Of a stretch of 64,000 bases of DNA, positions 57,759 through 64,000 are shown in pieces. Within the stretch, counting starts at the first letter, position 1. The number at the start of each line of letters is the position of its first letter. A program made the translations under genes and the position numbers. The notes beneath the pieces were generated by a model. It made no database searches and was not told where the DNA came from. It saw only the letters and a list, made by a program, of their open reading frames with translations. Source of the stretch: Eledone cirrhosa (lineage: Eukaryota); the NCBI GenBank assembly GCA_964016885.1, contig OZ024743.1, positions 8,184,001-8,248,000 on the forward strand, read 5' to 3'.

Positions 57759-57786
57759 TGGAACTCCTTTAACCATCTTTTGATCT

Positions 57787-57817
<31 letters not shown>

Positions 57818-57946
57818 AATCTATGTATATATATATATATAAATTTATGTATATATACGTATTGGTTGATCCATGTAATCAACTAATTATGCTGTCATTA
57901 AGCATGAGCGCTCTTCGTCATAGGTATCCATAAGTTATTAGGCATA

Positions 57947-58670
57947 CTAGTAGAAAACCACCATTCGGGTGCTTTTCTGCTAACATCTGTAGTCTGCATA
58001 TTGGTATTATACGCAATATATATACATGTAGATATGATACGTCAAATGAAATCGTAATTGACAATATGCACAGAAATTGAAGAGAGACTGTGTTACACTC
58101 TCTTCTGTAATCAGTAAAGTAATCCATGATATCCATGATACATTAAAAAAAGACGATATTATATATAAACTGCATATATAATAAACTAAAATGTTATGAA
58201 AACGAAAAAGGAGAAAATGAACGTTTATATAAGCGATGTAATAAGTGTTATTATATAACGGACGCTAACTGGAAGTTTTGACATTTGAACATTTTAAAGA
58301 AGTGTATCTTAAATAAGAAATACTTTATATATCAGAATATTTATGTTTAATCAAGAGCTACGAAATTTAGTAGATAAATTACATAATATTCATTCATTGG
58401 CAGTATCGGTAGAGGGTCGGACGCTATGCTATGCTTTGCAGCAAAGAGTTACGGCCCTTTATGGTCTGAGTTCAAATCCCGCCGAGGTTAGCTTTGCCTT
58501 TCATCCTTACGGGGTCGATAAAATAAAGTACCAGTAATACACTGGGATAATTTGCTGGCCTTGTGCCAAAAGTAAAAACAATTATTTATTCATAGTAATC
58601 CAACTTATTTTACTAACGGGATAAAAACTATAAAACCGACGCTGTCCCGCACTCCTCCCTTTACTATAGA
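57947..58670 (-). mobile_element. Non-autonomous Helitron (second copy), interrupted by a SINE
   Basis: Collinear with 15272-15760; A|TCTATAG start and CTAG|T end on the minus strand; SINE at 58398-58583. Confidence 0.75.
58398..58583 (+). mobile_element. Family A SINE nested in a Helitron
   Basis: Absent from the 15272-15760 Helitron copy at the same site. Confidence 0.8.
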
Positions 58671-58699
58671 TGGTATCAGGCGGAGTGTCTGGATCGACA

Positions 58700-58870
58700 G
58701 TAGCAGTAGAGCGCCAGACACCATGCTTTGCAACATAGAGTTATGGCCCGTCATGTTCAAAGCCCGCTGAGGTTAACTTTGCCCTTCATCTTTACAGGGC
58801 CGATAAAATAAAGCACCAGTAATACACTGGGGTAATTGCTGGCCTTGTGCCAAAAGTAGAAACAATTATT
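58700..58870 (+). mobile_element. Family A SINE
   Basis: Matches the family consensus. Confidence 0.75.
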
Positions 58871-58933
58871 AAGTATTATCTCAAGGCAATAAACTGAAGT
58901 GGAACAAGAAAAACCGTTTTTCTTTTTCTTACT

Positions 58934-59027
<94 letters not shown>

Positions 59028-59184
59028 GCGTTGCATGTGTGGTATGAATATACATGCAAACATACACCATCAGACTAGGTAAGGACACAGGACATCTATT
59101 AGATGGGAGTTATGTAAGTGATAGATATAGCATATGAGTATAAAGTGTATGAACCTATACATATATACATATATATATATATAT

Positions 59185-59492
59185 TCCTAGAATTCTGCCT
59201 TGACAAAGGCTAAGGGGTCATCTCTCCCGGTGATTTTGGATGGCCAATTGACTCTTAAAAATTTCACGGCACAGGCATTGCTTTATATCAGGAGATCTCT
59301 CTGCACTTGTCGTCACATGGTACCATGGGCCCAGCACTGTGTGTCAATAATTGTCACAAGTGTAGTGTTTGTACCAGAGTTTTCAAGTCACTGGCTGGAC
59401 TAAAAAGTCACACTCGTTCAGCGCATCGGTAGGGGTTCTCCTACATGGATATAAAGTAGTGGCCGTACTCGAAAACGAGTTGGCAGCCACCA
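59185..59492 (+). mobile_element. 5'-inverted, truncated copy of the 8105-8711 element
   Basis: 59258-59492 matches 8477-8711; 59185-59258 is the reverse complement of about 8274-8346. Confidence 0.8.
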
Positions 59493-59517
59493 TATATATA
59501 TATATATATATATATAT

Positions 59518-59665
59518 GAGTCCCCGGTTCAAGCCACAGTAAGTAAGGTACTCAATACATTAGTAGAGTACAACAAAATTTAATATAGAAATGGCTCCTG
59601 CAGGACTAGAACTGTTTCATTCGAAGAAAATCATCATCTCCTGATGATTTCCTTCGAAGCCATTT
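59518..59665 (-). mobile_element. Rearranged copy of the 44992-45130 hammerhead element
   Basis: Minus strand 59636-59518 reads tgatgattttcttcgaatgaaacagttctagtcctgcaggagcc... followed by the tail; inverted ctgatgatttccttcgaa starts at 59641. Confidence 0.75.
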
Positions 59666-59849
59666 GTCAAATTATTTATTAAATATATTGAATTATGTTA
59701 TATATATGTATCCTTAACGTGTGTGGCATTAAACGCAGATCCTTATTATTAGGAAAAGAACTTCTTAGCTTTTGTCCCACCCTATAGTAATATGCCATCA
59801 TTTCATTTCGTCTTTTATACTTCTACTATTAGTGTATACATTGATATAC

Positions 59850-60258
59850 TAACACACACATACACACACACTTGCACACACACACGCGCGCACGCGCATA
59901 CACACTTACACACACACACGCACACACACGTACATATGCATACACACACATACACGCACGCACACACATACACGCACGCACACGCTTACTCACACACGTA
60001 CGCACATACACGCACACACACACTTACATACACATACACACGCACACACACATGCCTACACACACACACACATACACACATGCACACATTTACACACACA
60101 TACACACGCACAAACACACACACATGCATACACACACATGCATACACACACATGCATACACACACATACATATACACACACATGCTTACACACACACACA
60201 TGCTTACACACACATACATGCACAACACACACACATACAAACACACATACACATGTAC
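59850..60258. repeat. Degenerate (CA)n/(CACG)n low-complexity tract
   Basis: Direct inspection. Confidence 0.9.
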
Positions 60259-60654
60259 ACGATCTTTAAAGATTAAGGGTGGGTTTGTTTCAATCCTCAA
60301 AACGCCATTTCACTCGAATTACTATCTTATTTCATGCGGCATTCTTTTATAAAAAAATTTTTCAGTCAATAAGTGTTTATTTACAAAACTAAATTTGATT
60401 TTAATAGTTAATTTACGCAATAGACATGGAGGAAGTATATTTCACTTAAAAGAAAAAAAAACTTTCATGAAGTTATGCAGTTAACTGGATGTACTTTTCA
60501 CGGGCGGGTTCAGTCACACTGCGCGGCCACTTGGTCAGTGACTTCTACTATAGCTTCAGATTGACCAAGTCTTTCTGAGTGAAACTTGGTAGAAGGAAAC
60601 TGAAGAAGCCTGTTGTATATGTCAGTGTCAGTGTTTATATTGAGTCTGCGTTAA

Positions 60655-63600
60655 TGTATGTCAGTGTTTACATCTGTGTAGTTTACATCTGTGTAGTGTT
60701 TACATGTGTGTCAGTGTTTACATCTGTGTAGTGTTTACATCTGTGTAGTGTTTACATGTGTGTCAGTGTTTACATCTGTGTAGTTTACATCTGTGTAGTG
60801 TTTACATGTGTGTCAGTGTTTACATCTGTGTAGTGTTTACATCTGTGTAGTGTTTACATCTGTGTAGTGCTTACATATGTGTAGTGTTTACATCTGTGTC
60901 AGTGTTTACATCTGTGTCAGTGTTTACATCTGTGTCAGAGTTTACATCTGTGTCAGTGTTTACATCTCTGTGTAGTGTTTACATCTGTGTATTGTTTACA
61001 TCTGTGTAGTGTTTACATCTGTGTCAGTATTTATATCTGTGTCAGTGTTTACATCTGTGTCAGTGTTTACATCTGTGTCAGTGTTTACATCTCTGTGTAG
61101 TGTTTACATCTGTGTATTGTTTACATCTGTGTAGTGTTTACATCTGTGTCAGTATTTATATCTGTGTCAGTGTTTACATGTGTCAGTGTTTACATCTGTG
61201 TCAGTGTTTACATCTCTGTGTAGTGTTTACATCTGTGTATTGTTTACATTTGTGTAGTGTTTACATCTGTGTCAGTATTTATATCTGTCAGTGTTTACAT
61301 CTGTGTCAGAGTTTACATCTGTGTCAGTGTTTACATCTCTGTGTAGTGTTTACATCTGTGTATTGTTTACATCTGTGTCAGTGTTTACATCTGTGTCAGT
61401 GTTTATATCTGTGTCAGTGTTTACATCTGTGTCAGTATTTATATCTGTGTCAGTGTTTACATCTGTGTCAGTGTTTACATCTGTGTAGTGTTTACATCTG
61501 TGTAGTGTTTACATCTGTGTAGTGTTTACATCTGTGTCAGTGTTAACATCTGTATATTGTTTACATCTGTGTAGTGTTTACATCTGTGTCAGTGTTTACA
61601 TCTGTCAGTGTTTACATCTGTGTCAGTGTTTACATCTGTGTCAGTGTTTACATCTGTGACAGTGTTTACATCTGTCAGTGTTTACATCTGTGTCAGTGTT
61701 TACATCTGTGTAGTGTTTACATCTGTGTCAGTGTTTACATCTGTGTAGTGTTTACATCTGTGTCAGTGTTTACATCTGTGTAGTGTTTACATCTGTGTAG
61801 TGTTTACATCTGTGTAGTGTTTACATCTGTGTCAGTGTTTACATCTGTGACAGTGTTTACATCTGTCAGTGTTTACATCTGTGTCAGTGTTTACATCTGT
61901 GTAGTGTTTACATCTGTGTCAGTGTTTACATCTGTGTCAGTGTTTACATCTGTGTCAGTGTTTACATCTGTGTAGTGTTTACATCTGTGTCAGTGTTTAC
62001 ATCTGTGTCAGTGTTTACATCTGTGTCAGTGTTTACATCTGTGTCAGTGTTTACATCTGTGTCAGTATTTACATCTGTGTAGTGTTTACATCTGTGTCAG
62101 AGTTAACATCTGTGTCAGTGTTTACATCTGTGTCAGTGTTAACATATGTGTCAGTGTTAACATCTGTGTCAGTGTTTACATCTGTGTCAGTGTTTACATC
62201 TGTGTCAGTGTTTACATCTGTGTCAGTGTTTACATCTGTGTAGTGTTTACATCTGTGTCAGTGTTTACATCTGTGTCAGTGTTTACATCTGTGTAGTGTT
62301 TACATCTGTGTAGTGTTTACATCTGTGTAGTGTTTACATCTGTGTCAGTGTTAACATCTTATATTGTTTACATCTGTGTCAGTGTTTACATCTGTGTCAG
62401 TGTTTACATCTGTGTCAGTGTTTACATCTGTGTAGTGTTTACATCTGTGTAGTGTTTACATCTGTGTCAGTGTTAACATCTGTATATTGTTTACATCTGT
62501 GTCAGTGTTTACATCTGTGTCAGTGTTTACATCTGTGTCAGTGTTTACGTCTGTGTAGTGTTTACATCTGTGTCAGTGTTTACATCTGTGTCAGTGTTTA
62601 CATCTGTGTCAGTGTTAACATCTGTGTCAGAGTTAACATCTGTGTCAGTGTTTACATCTGTGTCAGTGTTTACATCTGTGTCAGTGTTTACATCTGTGTA
62701 GTGTTTACATCTGTGTCAGTATTTATATCTGTGTCAGTGTTTACATCTGTGTCAGTGTTAACATCTGTGTCAGTGTTTACATCTGTGTCAGTGTTTACAT
62801 CTGTGTAGTGTTTACATCTGTGTCAGTGTTTACATCTGTGTCAGTGTTTACATCTGTGTCAGTGTTTACATCTGTGTCAGTGTTAACATCTGTGTCAGAG
62901 TTAACCTCTGTGTCAGTGTTTACATCTGTGTCAGTGTTTACATCTGTGTCAGTGTTTACATCTGTGACAGTGTTTACATCTGTGACAGTATTTATATCTG
63001 TGTCAGTGTTTACATCTGTGTCAGTGTTTACATCTGTATCATTGTTTACATCTGTGTCAGTGTTTACATCTGTGTAGTGTTTACATGTGTGTCAGTGTTT
63101 ACATCTGTGTAGTGTTTACATCTGTGTAGTGTTTACATCTGTGTAGTGTTTACATCTGTGTCAGTATTTATATCTGTCAGTGTTTACATCTGTGTCAGAG
63201 TTTACATCTGTGTCAGTGTTTACATCTCTGTGTAGTGTTTACATCTGTGTATTGTTTACATCTGTGTCAGTGTTTACATCTGTGTCAGTGTTTATATCTG
63301 TGTCAGTGTTTACATCTGTGTCAGTATTTATATCTGTGTCAGTGTTTACATCTGTGTCAGTGTTTACATCTGTGTAGTGTTTACATCTGTGTAGTGTTTA
63401 CATCTGTGTAGTGTTTACATCTGTGTCAGTGTTTACATCTGTGACAGTGTTTACATCTGTCAGTGTTTACATCTGTGTCAGTGTTTACATCTGTGTAGTG
63501 TTTACATCTGTGTCAGTGTTTACATCTGTGTCAGTGTTTACATCTGTGTCAGTGTTTACATCTGTGTAGTGTTTACATCTGTGTCAGTGTTTACATCTGT

Positions 63601-64000
63601 GTCAGTGTTTACATCTGTGTCAGTGTTTACATCTGTGTCAGTGTTTACATCTGTGTCAGTATTTACATCTGTGTAGTGTTTACATCTGTGTCAGAGTTAA
63701 CATCTGTGTCAGTGTTTACATCTGTGTCAGTGTTAACATATGTGTCAGTGTTAACATCTGTGTCAGTGTTTACATCTGTGTCAGTGTTTACATCTGTGTC
63801 AGTGTTTACATCTGTGTCAGTGTTTACATCTGTGTAGTGTTTACATCTGTGTCAGTGTTTACATCTGTGTCAGTGTTTACATCTGTGTAGTGTTTACATC
63901 TGTGTAGTGTTTACATCTGTGTAGTGTTTACATCTGTGTCAGTGTTAACATCTTATATTGTTTACATCTGTGTCAGTGTTTACATCTGTGTCAGTGTTTA
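60655..64000. repeat. 17/18-bp satellite array, running off the window end
   Basis: Units gtgtttacatctgtgtca and gtgtttacatctgtgta with variants, over more than 3.3 kb. Confidence 0.97.

Larger units (their letters stand above)
55273..57790 (+). mobile_element. Penelope-like retroelement (Naiad-type), 5'-truncated, between (TA)n(GT)n and (TA)n tracts
   Basis: RT with FIQFDIASYYSSI, FDITMGASDSS, GIYRDDGL and NFLDVSL motifs; downstream GIY-YIG/Cys domain; 3' UTR hammerhead; ends in (TA)n. Confidence 0.9.

Noticed and set aside
61100-63377. Cys/His-rich CQCLHL and SVFTSV ORFs
   Set aside because: Reading frames of the 18-bp satellite, broken wherever 17-bp units occur.

Overview
AT-rich animal genomic DNA, not prokaryotic. 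The dense (TA)n/(CA)n/(TATG)n microsatellites and tRNA-derived SINE families suggest a coleoid cephalopod such as Octopus (inference). I found no convincing host protein-coding exon, and almost all listed ORFs are microsatellite translations. The window is mostly transposon remnants. It holds a 5'-truncated Naiad-type Penelope-like element (RT ORF 55259-56599; a GIY-YIG domain continues in frame past a single TAA to 57229; hammerhead ribozyme in the 3' UTR). It also holds decayed Naiad- and Neptune-type PLE relics, RTE, CR1/L2, R4/Dong and Tx1-like LINE fragments, a Chapaev3-like relic, two non-autonomous Helitrons, many SINEs and three minisatellite/satellite arrays. The main signal outside the ORF track is about 17 hand-foldable type I hammerhead ribozymes plus several decayed ones. 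They lie in at least 8 unrelated short non-coding elements inserted in (TA)n tracts. Most of these elements are fold-back (inverted-repeat) structures whose breakpoints often fall at the ribozyme core. All structures and homologies were assessed by eye, and element boundaries are approximate.
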